From assembly GCA_043811535.1 (NCBI GenBank), contig JBDRNC010000017.1, forward strand, positions 128,001 to 192,000: 64,000 nt of DNA. The letters are read 5' to 3'. Shown here in pieces: positions 18,702 through 28,061 of the stretch. The position numbers and the translations under genes are program-made. Position 1 is the first letter of the stretch. Every line of letters begins with the position of its first letter. The notes beneath the pieces are model-generated. The model was not told the origin of the DNA and did not search any database. It was given only the letters and a program-made list of their open reading frames with translations. This stretch comes from Elusimicrobiota bacterium (lineage in GTDB: Bacteria > Elusimicrobiota > Endomicrobiia > Endomicrobiales > JBDRNC01).

Positions 18702-20785
18702 ATCTTTGGCAAACCGAATCGCCCGGAGTATATCCTGAGCATTTCGGTCCTCAAGATGGAGTTATCCGCGTTTTTCAGTTTTTCGTCGTTCTTGATAATT
18801 TCCCCGGCAATGGCTCGAGCGTGCTCGATGATTTTCAGGTCTTTCACCATATTCCCTGCTCTGAACTCCGGCACCCCGTGTTGGGCTGTTCCGAAAAACT
18901 CTCCCGGCCCGCGGAGATTAAGGTCTTCTTCTGCGATTGTAAAACCATCCTGCGCGGAAAGCATCACCTGGATTCTCTTTTTGGCTTCGTCGGTTTTTGG
19001 ATCTCCCAGCAGGACGCAGAAAGATTTTTCTTTTCCCCTTCCTATGCGGCCTCTCAACTGGTGAAGCGTGGCAAGGCCGAATCTTTCCGAGTGTTCAATG
19101 ACCATCACCGTGGCGTCGGGAATATCTATGCCTACTTCTATCACGGTCGTGGCTATAAGGATATCGAATGCTTTCGACCGGAACTCCATCATGACCTTTT
19201 CCTTGTCTTTTGCCGGCATCTGCCCGTGCAGAAGCCCTATCCTGTGATTCTTGAAAACCGAACCGGCAAGATTTTCCGCTTCCTTTACGGCTGCTTTGAG
19301 TTCAAGCTTGTCAGACTCTTCAACCAGCGGGTAAACGATAAAGGCCTGATTACTCTTTGAAATTTCCTTTCTGATCAGATCATAGGCCGCAGGCTCGTCG
19401 CGGAAGACAGTTTCGACCGGTTTCCTGCCAGGAGGAAGCTCATTGATGATCGAGACATCAAGGTCTCCGTATAGAGTGAGGGCCAGAGTTCTCGGTATAG
19501 GGGTAGCCGTCATCACGAGCACGTCAGGATTCGCTGATTTGCGCTGAAGGACGGCCCGCTGAAGCACGCCGAAGCGGTGCTGTTCATCGATGACTATCAG
19601 CGAAAGATTCCTGAATTTCACTCTTTCTTCTAGGATCGCATGAGTACCGATGATAATATCGGCTTTGCCGTCTTCAATTTCGCCGTATGTTTTCAACTTT
19701 TCACTTTTTTTCTTACCCTTACCCGTCAGTAGCGAGATGTTAACAGGAAGCCCTTCGGTCATCCTGCTCAATGTCAGGTAATGCTGCTCCGCCAGTATTT
19801 CCGTAGGCGAGAGCAGCGCCGATTGACACCTGTTCTCCGCGGCAAGGAGCATCGCGCTTACTGCCACGACGGTTTTGCCGGAGCCGACGTCTCCGAGCAG
19901 CAATCTGGTCATCGGTTTCGAGTTCATCATATCGGCGAATATCTCGTTTATGACTTTTTTCTGGGAAGACGTGAGTTCAAAACCCAGTTTATTCTTAAAA
20001 GGCGTCAGGATATTCCTGTTTATTTTGTATGAATACTGCTTGGATATTTTTTTGTTCTGCGTTTTTGACAAGGCAAGGGCGGTTTCAAGGAGCAGGAATT
20101 CATTCAGCGCGAGCCTTTGCCTGGCGGATTCGGTGTTTTGCGGTTCCTCCGGGAAATGGATCTGCCTGACCGCGGTTTCTATATCTTCAAGTTTTCCGCG
20201 CTCTTTGAATGCCACAGGCAGAACATCCCAGAAATCCTTTAAGTTATTTTCGAGTGCTGAGTTAACGGCCTTGCGCAGCCATTTCTGGGAAAGCCCTTCG
20301 GTTGCCCTGTACACGGGCACTATTTTCCCGAAATTCAGCGATTCAGCCGGTCCAGGAACGACAATCTCGTATTCCTCCGGATTAAAGCGTTTTTCGCCGA
20401 GATGTATCTCCGCCTGCCCGGACATTAAAACTGTCGCTCCGCGCAGAAAATCCTTCTTCAATTTCGCGAAAATATCATGTTTGTGGTAGGGGTTGATTTT
20501 GCGGTAGAAGTGTGCGTATGCTATCCCGGTCCCGTCGCTTATTGCCGCTTTCAATACTGAAAGCGAAAAGTTGAGCTTGACAACCTCTGTAAGTTCGACT
20601 TTTCCCATTACAACGGCTTTTTGGTTGTGCGCGAGCGCGGCGATTTTCGAGACAATCCTGCGGTCTTCGTAATCTCTCGGAAAATATGAAAGGAGGTCGC
20701 GGACGGTATTGATGCCGAGCCGTGAAAGCAATTTTGACTTTGAGGGTCCCACGCCTTTTAGGTATTGGACAGGTTTATCTATCAT
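18695..20785 (-). CDS. recG: ATP-dependent DNA helicase RecG
   Basis: GDVGSGKT, DEQHRFG, MTATPIPRT, LHQLRGRIGRG, RGPGE; start probably MIDKP at 20785. Confidence 0.97.
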   Translation of the reverse strand: MIDKPVQYLKGVGPSKSKLLSRLGINTVRDLLSYFPRDYEDRRIVSKIAALAHNQKAVVMGKVELTEVVKLNFSLSVLKAAISDGTGIAYAHFYRKINPYHKHDIFAKLKKDFLRGATVLMSGQAEIHLGEKRFNPEEYEIVVPGPAESLNFGKIVPVYRATEGLSQKWLRKAVNSALENNLKDFWDVLPVAFKERGKLEDIETAVRQIHFPEEPQNTESARQRLALNEFLLLETALALSKTQNKKISKQYSYKINRNILTPFKNKLGFELTSSQKKVINEIFADMMNSKPMTRLLLGDVGSGKTVVAVSAMLLAAENRCQSALLSPTEILAEQHYLTLSRMTEGLPVNISLLTGKGKKKSEKLKTYGEIEDGKADIIIGTHAILEERVKFRNLSLIVIDEQHRFGVLQRAVLQRKSANPDVLVMTATPIPRTLALTLYGDLDVSIINELPPGRKPVETVFRDEPAAYDLIRKEISKSNQAFIVYPLVEESDKLELKAAVKEAENLAGSVFKNHRIGLLHGQMPAKDKEKVMMEFRSKAFDILIATTVIEVGIDIPDATVMVIEHSERFGLATLHQLRGRIGRGKEKSFCVLLGDPKTDEAKKRIQVMLSAQDGFTIAEEDLNLRGPGEFFGTAQHGVPEFRAGNMVKDLKIIEHARAIAGEIIKNDEKLKNADNSILRTEMLRIYSGRFGLPKIG

Positions 20786-20819
20786 TGATCCGGATTCCGG
20801 CTCCAAGGCCGGAATATGC

Positions 20820-20848
20820 TTGAATTTTTACGTCAAATATAGTATTAT
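20820..20848 (+). promoter_or_regulatory. sigma70 promoter for rpmB
   Basis: TTGAAT-17 nt-TATTAT; AAGGAGG SD at about 20879-20885. Confidence 0.6.
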
Positions 20849-20893
20849 AAATCTTCGTTTGATTGCCGGCAGAAAATAAAGGAGGCCTCAAAT

Positions 20894-21082
20894 ATGTCTT
20901 TCAAATGCGCTGTATGCGGGAAAGGTCCTGCAGCAGGAAAAACAATCAGCCATTCACATAGGGCGACAAACAGGGTTTTCCGCCCGAATCTGCAGACACT
21001 GAGGATAGTCATCGACGGCAAAACTCGCCGCGAATACGTTTGTACATCCTGCCTTCGTTCCGGTAAAGTCAAAAAAGCTTAG
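20894..21082 (+). CDS. rpmB: 50S ribosomal protein L28 (Zn-binding form)
   Basis: KCAVCGK...SHSH...RVFRPNLQ...CTSCLRSGK; strong SD. Confidence 0.96.
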   Translation: MSFKCAVCGKGPAAGKTISHSHRATNRVFRPNLQTLRIVIDGKTRREYVCTSCLRSGKVKKA

Positions 21083-22125
21083 TTCTTCGAACCCATAGGA
21101 ATATTCATGCTGAGCAGGTATTTGAACACATCAGTCATGTTTATTCTGTATTTCTCGCCCGCGAGCGAGAAAGAGAAATCGTTCAGAATGTATCCGAATC
21201 CAGCGGTAACCCGGGTAGACTCCTTGTCATTAAGATCCTTGCCGTAAGTCCCCATCCTGATTTTAAGGTACTTCCCCAGGCTTTGTTCCGCCCCGAAATG
21301 AATAATATTGGTGTCATCATCCCCCGCTTTCCTGAAATATCTTTTTTCCCATTCGGTCGCGAACGTGAATACCTGGCCGGCATGGAATGAAAACCCCGTT
21401 CTTAAAATAAACGGAAGCTGCTCGTTCTCAAAATCATCCCACCAGACATAGCTAAAGAGATTCTGCAAGGTCACTCCGAAATTAAGCTGGTCCGCGGGCG
21501 TGAACAGGAAGCCGAGATCGGAGGTCATGCCGTATCCGTCGGACAGATCCGTTTCCGGCACGCCGTTCATTATGCTTGCCCGCGCAATCTGGCCGCTTAT
21601 GTATGACAAATTTAATCCCGAGAACGCCGTGTCGCTGTGCGCGTGTCCCGCCGAAAGCGTGAACATGTTTATCTTGAATTCATTTTTTTCCCAGCCAGCC
21701 GCGGACTCCGTTTTCCATACCGAATCGGCGAGCGGCCTCCACGAAAGCGCCCCTTTCGGAGCCAATAGAGCTAGAAAAACGACGTTCTTGTTGCGAAGCA
21801 TCTCGTTTTGGAATATCTCTTCTGTTTTAAGTTCGCTCTGTCTTATTGCTTCGTATGAAACAGCCACGAAATTATTTTCATTAAGCGCAAGGCACGAAGG
21901 GTTGAAATAAATGGACGAAGGGTCATCTCCTATGGAGCAGGCTACGTAGCCCATGGCCATCTGTCGCCCTCCGGGCATCATTCCCAGATAAGTCAGGTTT
22001 GACGTGGGAGGAGGTTCTTTCGCGGAAATTCCCGGCGCCGGGAAAAACAGCAGCACCGTAGCGGCGCCGGCAGCAAATAAGTTCAAAGATAAAAAGGGCA
22101 ATAAGCGATTCTTGCTAGTTTTCAT
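21079..22125 (-). CDS. PorV/PorQ/UPF0164-like outer-membrane beta-barrel protein
   Basis: Signal peptide; GGRQMAMG...[12 protein letters not shown] plug motif; amphipathic beta strands. Confidence 0.7.
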   Translation of the reverse strand: MKTSKNRLLPFLSLNLFAAGAATVLLFFPAPGISAKEPPPTSNLTYLGMMPGGRQMAMGYVACSIGDDPSSIYFNPSCLALNENNFVAVSYEAIRQSELKTEEIFQNEMLRNKNVVFLALLAPKGALSWRPLADSVWKTESAAGWEKNEFKINMFTLSAGHAHSDTAFSGLNLSYISGQIARASIMNGVPETDLSDGYGMTSDLGFLFTPADQLNFGVTLQNLFSYVWWDDFENEQLPFILRTGFSFHAGQVFTFATEWEKRYFRKAGDDDTNIIHFGAEQSLGKYLKIRMGTYGKDLNDKESTRVTAGFGYILNDFSFSLAGEKYRINMTDVFKYLLSMNIPMGSKN

Positions 22126-23173
22126 TTTTAATTGTCTCCATGTCAGGCATTCCCACGCCGATAAGGCCGATAATATCGTCTGTTTTATCCATAACGATAA
22201 AACCCGAGAAATTAATAGGGACAGGCTTTCCGACTTTTGTCTTAAACGTGACTTTCTGGATCCTGATGGCCATGCTGTTTTCCCACCTGTGCCATGGAAG
22301 CCCGGTTCTCTTTTCCTGGTCGGTCAGCACGGTATCTACCGGCAGGCCGATAATTTCTTTTTCAGTGAATCCTAATATCTCAAAGAAACGTTTGTTAGCG
22401 TTAACGATGCGCTGTTCCGTGTCAAGAAGAAGGACTATCCCGGGAAGCATTGACAGGATTATTTCCGAGGAATTTCGCGGTGATATAGAGGTGATTCTGT
22501 ATTTCAGCACGGCGTAAGAAATCATGACCGCCATTACCGAGCTCAGCGGGCCAGCGACAGGCAGCACATATCTGCCCGTCATTGGAAGGATCAGGTTTGA
22601 TATGACCCCGCCGATTATCGGTGTTGCCGCGGCGAGCATGAACCATTTGCTCTGGAGGCGTTCCCTGTTGTTCGGGGATTTAAGCATGACCCAGTAAAAA
22701 AGAATAAAACCGGTGATAAACGAAAGCACGAAATAAAGCGAATAGATATAAATGGCGGGCCCGTAGTCAAAGTAATGCTTCGACCAGTATGTGGTGCGGG
22801 GACCGCTTATCAGCAGGTCTGAAAACCACGAGAAAAGAATAAGTATCAGCGCCGGCAGATAAAGCAATAAATAGACATACTTGTTTCTCATTATTTTTCT
22901 TCTGCGCGGGAATACCAGCGCGAAATGAAGGAACATTCCCGGGAAAAAGGGGGTGATGGACCAGACCATCCTGCCCAGAAACATGGAATACTGCTCCGAA
23001 CCGGAGACCGTTAACGCCGCGTCGCCGAGGTTCCACAGCGCGAACATAAGCAACAGGAGCCCCAGCAGCCTGTTGATGGGGTTGCGGTAGTTGTTGGCCA
23101 GTATCAGGATTCCCAGTATCAGGTTGATGTTAAAGCTTAGTAGGAATAGGAGAGTGTAAACGCCGATTGTCAT
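22115..23173 (-). CDS. HisKA_7TM-like membrane sensor plus PAS domain, no kinase domain
   Basis: About 7 TM helices (FLHFALVFP, YAVLKY) then PAS (IVNANKRFFEILGFTEKEIIG); protein ends after the PAS. Confidence 0.78.
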   Translation of the reverse strand: MTIGVYTLLFLLSFNINLILGILILANNYRNPINRLLGLLLLMFALWNLGDAALTVSGSEQYSMFLGRMVWSITPFFPGMFLHFALVFPRRRKIMRNKYVYLLLYLPALILILFSWFSDLLISGPRTTYWSKHYFDYGPAIYIYSLYFVLSFITGFILFYWVMLKSPNNRERLQSKWFMLAAATPIIGGVISNLILPMTGRYVLPVAGPLSSVMAVMISYAVLKYRITSISPRNSSEIILSMLPGIVLLLDTEQRIVNANKRFFEILGFTEKEIIGLPVDTVLTDQEKRTGLPWHRWENSMAIRIQKVTFKTKVGKPVPINFSGFIVMDKTDDIIGLIGVGMPDMETIKNEN

Positions 23174-23319
23174 GAAGTTATTCCCGTTTATCCGCGCACC
23201 GGAATGCCGCGGGTCGTAAGTGCGTAAAATTAATATTCTTCAGCAGGCATTTGGTGCGGAATTCCGCGCTCCGAATATCTGAAAAAGTTGATTATCCTCG
23301 CGAAAACCCGAAGAGCGCT

Positions 23320-25035
23320 TCATAGCAATTGCAGGGTATGCAGCCTGCTGTAGATGCCTTTTTTCTCCAGAAGTTCATGGTGCGTCCCGATTTCCACGAT
23401 CTTTCCCTTGTCGACGACAATGATCCGGTCGGCTTTTTTTACCGTTGCGAGGCGGTGGGCGATCAGGAGAACCGTCCGGTCCACCATCAGGTGCTCTATG
23501 GCTTCCTGTACCAGTTTTTCTGACTCGGCGTCAAGCGCGCTTGTCGCTTCGTCAAGAATAAGGATCGGAGGATTTTTCAGCATGGCGCGGGCAATAGCCA
23601 CTCTCTGACGTTCGCCTCCTGAAAGCTTCAGCCCCCTCTCGCCGATAACCGTGTCGTAACCGTGGGGCATTTTAAGTATGAATTGATGGGCATTGGCGGT
23701 TTTTGCCGCGCTGATAATCTCTTCGTCGGAAGCTCCATCCCTGCCGTAGGCGATGTTGTATTTAATGGATTCATTGAAAAGTATCGTGTCTTGCGTGACC
23801 ACCCCGATTTGCGAGCGGAGCGAATCGATAGTTATCTTCCTTATATCGGTACCATCGATGGCGATGCTTCCTTCCTGGGGGTCGTAAAACCTGGCGAGCA
23901 GCAAAGCGAGCGTTGTTTTGCCCGCGCCGGAAGGCCCTACAAAAGCTACGCTTTCACCGGATTTTATTGAGAGCGAAAGTTTTTCGATAATATTGTTTTT
24001 TTCGGGATAATGAAAAGAAATGTCATTGAAAGATATCTCTTTTGAAAACTTGGGCATGCTGACCGCGCCTGCTACGTCCGTGACGGAAGGCTTTTCATCA
24101 AGGATCTCGAATATCCTTTCGGCGCCTGCTGCCGCCTGCTGCATAAGGGAGTTTGTCTGAGCGAAATTCTTAAGAGGAGTGTAAAGCAGTCCCGCGGCAG
24201 TAAGGAAAGCGAAAAAGTCTCCGGGTTGCCACGCTCCTTTTGTTACCAGCAGGCCGCCGTAAAACAAAACGCCGGCAAGCACGGCTCCGCCGATGAACTC
24301 CATAATCGGGCTTGAGCGGGCGTCAACCCTGATGAATTGATGCTGCGTGTGGTAATATTTCCTGTTTTCTTCCTTGAAGCGTTCTATCTCGTGTTTTTGC
24401 CGTACGAAAGACTTGATTATATTTATGCCGGCCAGGGATTCCTGCAGGTAGGAATAAAGCTCCCCCATCTGTTTCTGCCCTTTCCTTGACGCGTCGCGCA
24501 TCTTCCTGGCGAACGAGGCCAGCGGGATGCTTGCCACCGGAAAGAAAACCATAAGTATTAAAGCGAATTTCCAGTTATAGTAAAAAAGCACGCCTATCAT
24601 CACTATTACCGTAAGCCCGTCCCGGATGATATTCGTCGGGACGCGCGAAATGGAATTGTACAGCGCGTTGACGTCATTTGTGACCCGCGCCATCAACCGA
24701 GGCGTTGAGTGTCGTGAGTAAAAGTCGTGGGAGAGCGAGATGAGCTTGTCATAAAGCTCTTCCCGGATCTTAAGCGTGACGTTCTGCGCGATATACAGCG
24801 TAAGATAGTTTTGGCCGAAGCCGGCGATGCTTCTTACAGCCGAAACTCCTACGATGGCCATTGTGATTGCGTACAGCATGCGCAGGTCGCGCGGAATCAG
24901 CACTTTGTCGAGCACCCATTGTATCGTAAAAGGAAGGGCCCCGGTCATAGCCGAATAAACGGCTATGCATGCAAGCGCTACCGCGAAACGCCCAATATAA
25001 GGATCGATGTATTTAAGAAGCCGTTTGTAGATCAT
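23320..25035 (-). CDS. msbA: Lipid A export ABC transporter MsbA-like
   Basis: 6-TM domain fused to NBD: GPSGAGKT, LSGGERQR, DEATSALD; adjacent to lpxB. Confidence 0.88.
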   Translation of the reverse strand: MIYKRLLKYIDPYIGRFAVALACIAVYSAMTGALPFTIQWVLDKVLIPRDLRMLYAITMAIVGVSAVRSIAGFGQNYLTLYIAQNVTLKIREELYDKLISLSHDFYSRHSTPRLMARVTNDVNALYNSISRVPTNIIRDGLTVIVMIGVLFYYNWKFALILMVFFPVASIPLASFARKMRDASRKGQKQMGELYSYLQESLAGINIIKSFVRQKHEIERFKEENRKYYHTQHQFIRVDARSSPIMEFIGGAVLAGVLFYGGLLVTKGAWQPGDFFAFLTAAGLLYTPLKNFAQTNSLMQQAAAGAERIFEILDEKPSVTDVAGAVSMPKFSKEISFNDISFHYPEKNNIIEKLSLSIKSGESVAFVGPSGAGKTTLALLLARFYDPQEGSIAIDGTDIRKITIDSLRSQIGVVTQDTILFNESIKYNIAYGRDGASDEEIISAAKTANAHQFILKMPHGYDTVIGERGLKLSGGERQRVAIARAMLKNPPILILDEATSALDAESEKLVQEAIEHLMVDRTVLLIAHRLATVKKADRIIVVDKGKIVEIGTHHELLEKKGIYSRLHTLQLL

Positions 25036-25055
25036 CTTTTTATTGTATCCTTTTT

Positions 25056-26141
25056 TTACCTATCATTCAAGATAATGCCGGCGGCTCTCCTGGAAACGCC
25101 CGGATTCCCAAGGATTTTTCTTATAGAAAGCAGTTGTTTTCTCATCTGTTCGGCCGCGCCCGGGTTTTTAAGTAAGCCAACGGCTGCGGCCGAGATTTTT
25201 TGCGGGTTGGCGTCTTTCTGTATAAGTTCGGGAACGACCTCTTTCCCGAACAAAATGTTTGCCATCGTGATGAAGTTGATATTAACTATCATGCGGGCTA
25301 TCATGTAATTGAAGCGCGACAGCTTGTACATAACTATCATGGGTATTCCAAGCAGCGCGTTTTCAAGGCTTACTGTTCCGGAAGTCGTTATCGCCAGCGA
25401 CAGCTTCCTGCGTTCTTCGAAACCCTGTTCCGATACTACGGGATATTTGGCGAATGCCAGATCTTTTGTGATATTAGGCGGAGCGAATATTTTGAATTCG
25501 CTTGGTATCTTCTTGCCTATCAGCGCGGCGCTTTCTTCAAGTATGCCGAGATGTTTTTCTACAATGTTTTTTCTGCTGCCGGGAAAAAGGCCGATAACCG
25601 GGCGCTGAGGTTTATTTTCTACGGCATGGACGCTCTCCGGTATTGCATCAAGGAGAGGGTGCCCGACGAAGACCGTGTCGACGCCGGCTTTTTTGTAAAG
25701 GTCTTCTTCAAACGGAAGTATCACCAGCATTTTTTTGACGTACCTGGCGATTATTTTTATCCTGCCGGAGCGCGAAGCCCAGACCTGCGGGCTTACATAG
25801 TAATACACCGGGATGCCTCGCCTGCGGGCTTCTTTTGCGATGCGGATGTTAAAACCGTAATAATCTACAAGGACGACTTTGTCGGGAGGGTTTGAGTTCC
25901 AGTATCCGAATACCTTTTCTTTCAGGATGTTCCTGAGGAGGAAATACTGTTTGAGCGGCTGCCAGAAACCGAACGCGCTCAGGTTGACAAGGTTGTAGAT
26001 AAAATCGTCGGAAACTGCTTTAAGCCTGTCTCCCCCCACTGCCGAAATACTTATTCCGGCGTCAATGCCTTTCAGTTCCTTCGCTAAGTTTGCGGCATGC
26101 ATCTCGCCCGAAACCTCGCCGGCCGAAATAAATATTTTCAA
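25056..26141 (-). CDS. lpxB: Lipid-A-disaccharide synthase
   Basis: AGEVSGEMH, YVSPQVWASR, FVGHPL, PGSR, SGTVSLE; TTG start at 26141 with GGAGGA SD. Confidence 0.95.
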   Translation of the reverse strand: MKIFISAGEVSGEMHAANLAKELKGIDAGISISAVGGDRLKAVSDDFIYNLVNLSAFGFWQPLKQYFLLRNILKEKVFGYWNSNPPDKVVLVDYYGFNIRIAKEARRRGIPVYYYVSPQVWASRSGRIKIIARYVKKMLVILPFEEDLYKKAGVDTVFVGHPLLDAIPESVHAVENKPQRPVIGLFPGSRKNIVEKHLGILEESAALIGKKIPSEFKIFAPPNITKDLAFAKYPVVSEQGFEERRKLSLAITTSGTVSLENALLGIPMIVMYKLSRFNYMIARMIVNINFITMANILFGKEVVPELIQKDANPQKISAAAVGLLKNPGAAEQMRKQLLSIRKILGNPGVSRRAAGIILNDR

Positions 26142-26194
26142 CCTGTTCCTCCATGGATAACTCAGAGAAATTGTTGAAAAAATCAACAATCCCT

Positions 26195-26297
26195 GATTGC
26201 ACTGATCCTTAAATGATTTCACAGATTAAGTTCTGTTGGTGTATCCGTGTAATCTTTGTTTTTATCTGTGAAATCTTTGTTATTAGTCTGTGTAATC
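26195..26297. repeat. 12-mer repeat with 2 direct and 3 inverted copies (GATTTCACAGAT / ATCTGTGAAATC)
   Basis: Copies at 26195 and 26215 (direct); 26243, 26264 and 26286 (inverted). Confidence 0.8.
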
Positions 26298-26327
26298 AAG
26301 ACCGTTGAGGACTTTTTCAACGGTCTA

Positions 26328-27260
26328 TCAGAACTGCATGTTTTTCAGGATTTCAAAAGCCAGTTCGAGCGCATCGCGGCCGTGTTCACCGGTTACCAGG
26401 GGTTTTTTCCCTTCGGCTATGCAGGAAAGGAAATGACTGAGTTCAAGGTGAAGCATTTCGGCTTCTTTCAGTTTCGGTTTTATTATCTCTATGTCGGCAA
26501 GGTTTTTTACCTCGGCATTTTTTTTTCTGTATATCTTAAGGTTTTTTCCGGCGTAATCGATGGAGATATAGCTGTCTTGCTGAAAAATCCGTATCTTCCG
26601 GTATTTTTCCATGGATATCCGGCTGGCCGACAGGTCCGCTACGCAGCCGTTGAAAAATTTCAGGCGTATCTTAGCGATATCTTCATGCGTCGAAAGGACT
26701 TTCGCTCCGTAAGCTTCAAGTGTCCTGACTTTGTCCTGAATAAGCGTCAGCACTATGTCGAGATCGTGGATCATCAGGTCAAGAACGACGCCGATATGGC
26801 TGACGCGCGGGTCGTACGGCCCGAGCCTGTTTACTTCAATGAATCTCGGGTTTTGGATGAATTCCCGCGCCGCGATGACTGCGGGATTGAACCTCTCGAC
26901 ATGCCCGACCTGCAACACGAGGTTTTTCTTTTTGGATATTTCAATGAGCTCTTCCGCTTCTTTGACGGTAGATGTGAAAGGCTTTTCTACGAGGCAGTGT
27001 ATTCCCGCCTCGAGCAGATCCTTGGTTATGCTGTAGTGAAGGGGCGTGGGCACTGATATAACGGCAGCCTGTATCTTTCCGATAAGGTCGCCATGCGAGG
27101 CAAACGCCTGAGTCTTGTGTTGTTCGCCGGCTTTTTCGCGCCGCTTGGATTCAGTGTCCGCGATTCCGACAAGTTCGGATTGAGGATGGCAGGACAGAAG
27201 CCTCGCGTGATGCTGGCCGAGCGAACCTACTCCGATGACGGCTGTTCTTATTTTATTCAT
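26328..27260 (-). CDS. Gfo/Idh/MocA oxidoreductase, GnnA-like (putative UDP-GlcNAc 3-dehydrogenase)
   Basis: GVGSLG, VEKP, QVGHVERFNP, DLMIHDLD; lies between lpxI/lpxA and lpxB. Confidence 0.8.
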   Translation of the reverse strand: MNKIRTAVIGVGSLGQHHARLLSCHPQSELVGIADTESKRREKAGEQHKTQAFASHGDLIGKIQAAVISVPTPLHYSITKDLLEAGIHCLVEKPFTSTVKEAEELIEISKKKNLVLQVGHVERFNPAVIAAREFIQNPRFIEVNRLGPYDPRVSHIGVVLDLMIHDLDIVLTLIQDKVRTLEAYGAKVLSTHEDIAKIRLKFFNGCVADLSASRISMEKYRKIRIFQQDSYISIDYAGKNLKIYRKKNAEVKNLADIEIIKPKLKEAEMLHLELSHFLSCIAEGKKPLVTGEHGRDALELAFEILKNMQF

Positions 27261-28057
27261 AGCGCTATTATCGTAATGCCTTTTTCTTTTGCCGATTTAA
27301 CCAGCTGGTCCCTGTCGATCATCAGTGTTGAGCCGGATTCAACGGCAAGCACGCCCGCCTTGCATTCGGACATCACCGAAACTGTCCGCGGGCCGATGAC
27401 CGGGATATCAAAACGCATATCTTGATTGGGTTTCGCGACCTTTATGACGATTATCCTGTCTTTGCCGAGTGAGAACGCGCGTTTTATGCACTCGTCCGTG
27501 CCTTCCATTGATTCAACGGCCACGACGGCTTTATCCTTGACGACTATCGTCTGTCCGATATCGAGCCCGGCGATCTGTTTTGCCGTCTTGAATCCGAAAT
27601 CTATGTCGTCTTGTTCGTTTTTTGAAGGTTTTCTTCCGATCAGCATTCCTTTTTCCGGAAGGAGATGGCGCAGGTACTTGTGGGAAGGAAGGAGAGTTAT
27701 CCCGTCTTTTGAAAGCTCGTCCGCAACAGCTCCCAGAAGCGAGTCGGTTTTTTTGTTCTTAAGAGAAGCAAGCATTTTGGCGGCGCGAAGGTCAAGTTTT
27801 AGAACAGCGAATATCTGGACATGCTTGACCTGCCCGGCCATCACCGCTGTCTTGACGTTCTCTTCTTTGAAAAAATCTATCAATTTCTGGATCTGCCCGA
27901 GCGCGAGCCACCGGGTTTTGTCCGCGAGTTTCTCAAGATTCTTGTCGGTTTCTTCCTTTATCGCGGCAAGGTAAACCTGGTCGCCGGTCCTCTTTATTTC
28001 TTCGGCGACAAGAAAAGGAAACCGGCCGTTCCCGGCAATGATCCCGATTTTACTCAT
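27257..28057 (-). CDS. lpxI: UDP-2,3-diacylglucosamine pyrophosphatase LpxI
   Basis: IIAGNGRFP, LDIGQT, AVESMEGTD, KP.QDMRFDIPVIG. Confidence 0.94.
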   Translation of the reverse strand: MSKIGIIAGNGRFPFLVAEEIKRTGDQVYLAAIKEETDKNLEKLADKTRWLALGQIQKLIDFFKEENVKTAVMAGQVKHVQIFAVLKLDLRAAKMLASLKNKKTDSLLGAVADELSKDGITLLPSHKYLRHLLPEKGMLIGRKPSKNEQDDIDFGFKTAKQIAGLDIGQTIVVKDKAVVAVESMEGTDECIKRAFSLGKDRIIVIKVAKPNQDMRFDIPVIGPRTVSVMSECKAGVLAVESGSTLMIDRDQLVKSAKEKGITIIAL

Positions 28058-28061
28058 ATGA

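Noticed and set aside
18578..19360. 260-aa plus-strand ORF and other long antisense ORFs (e.g. 26256-27056, 33199-33975, 39724-40548, 59971-60729)
   Set aside because: They lie antisense to well-conserved genes, have no recognisable motifs, and are expected shadow frames
26142..26222. N-terminal extensions in the ORF track (lpxB; also ilvE, clpC, coaD, SLT, GNAT, ogt)
   Set aside because: Downstream starts fit the SD/promoter positions and family N-termini better; the extensions run through repeats or neighbouring genes
26195..26297. Possible mini-CRISPR from spaced 12-mers
   Set aside because: Repeats are too short, spacers within each arm are about 8-10 nt, and orientation switches midway
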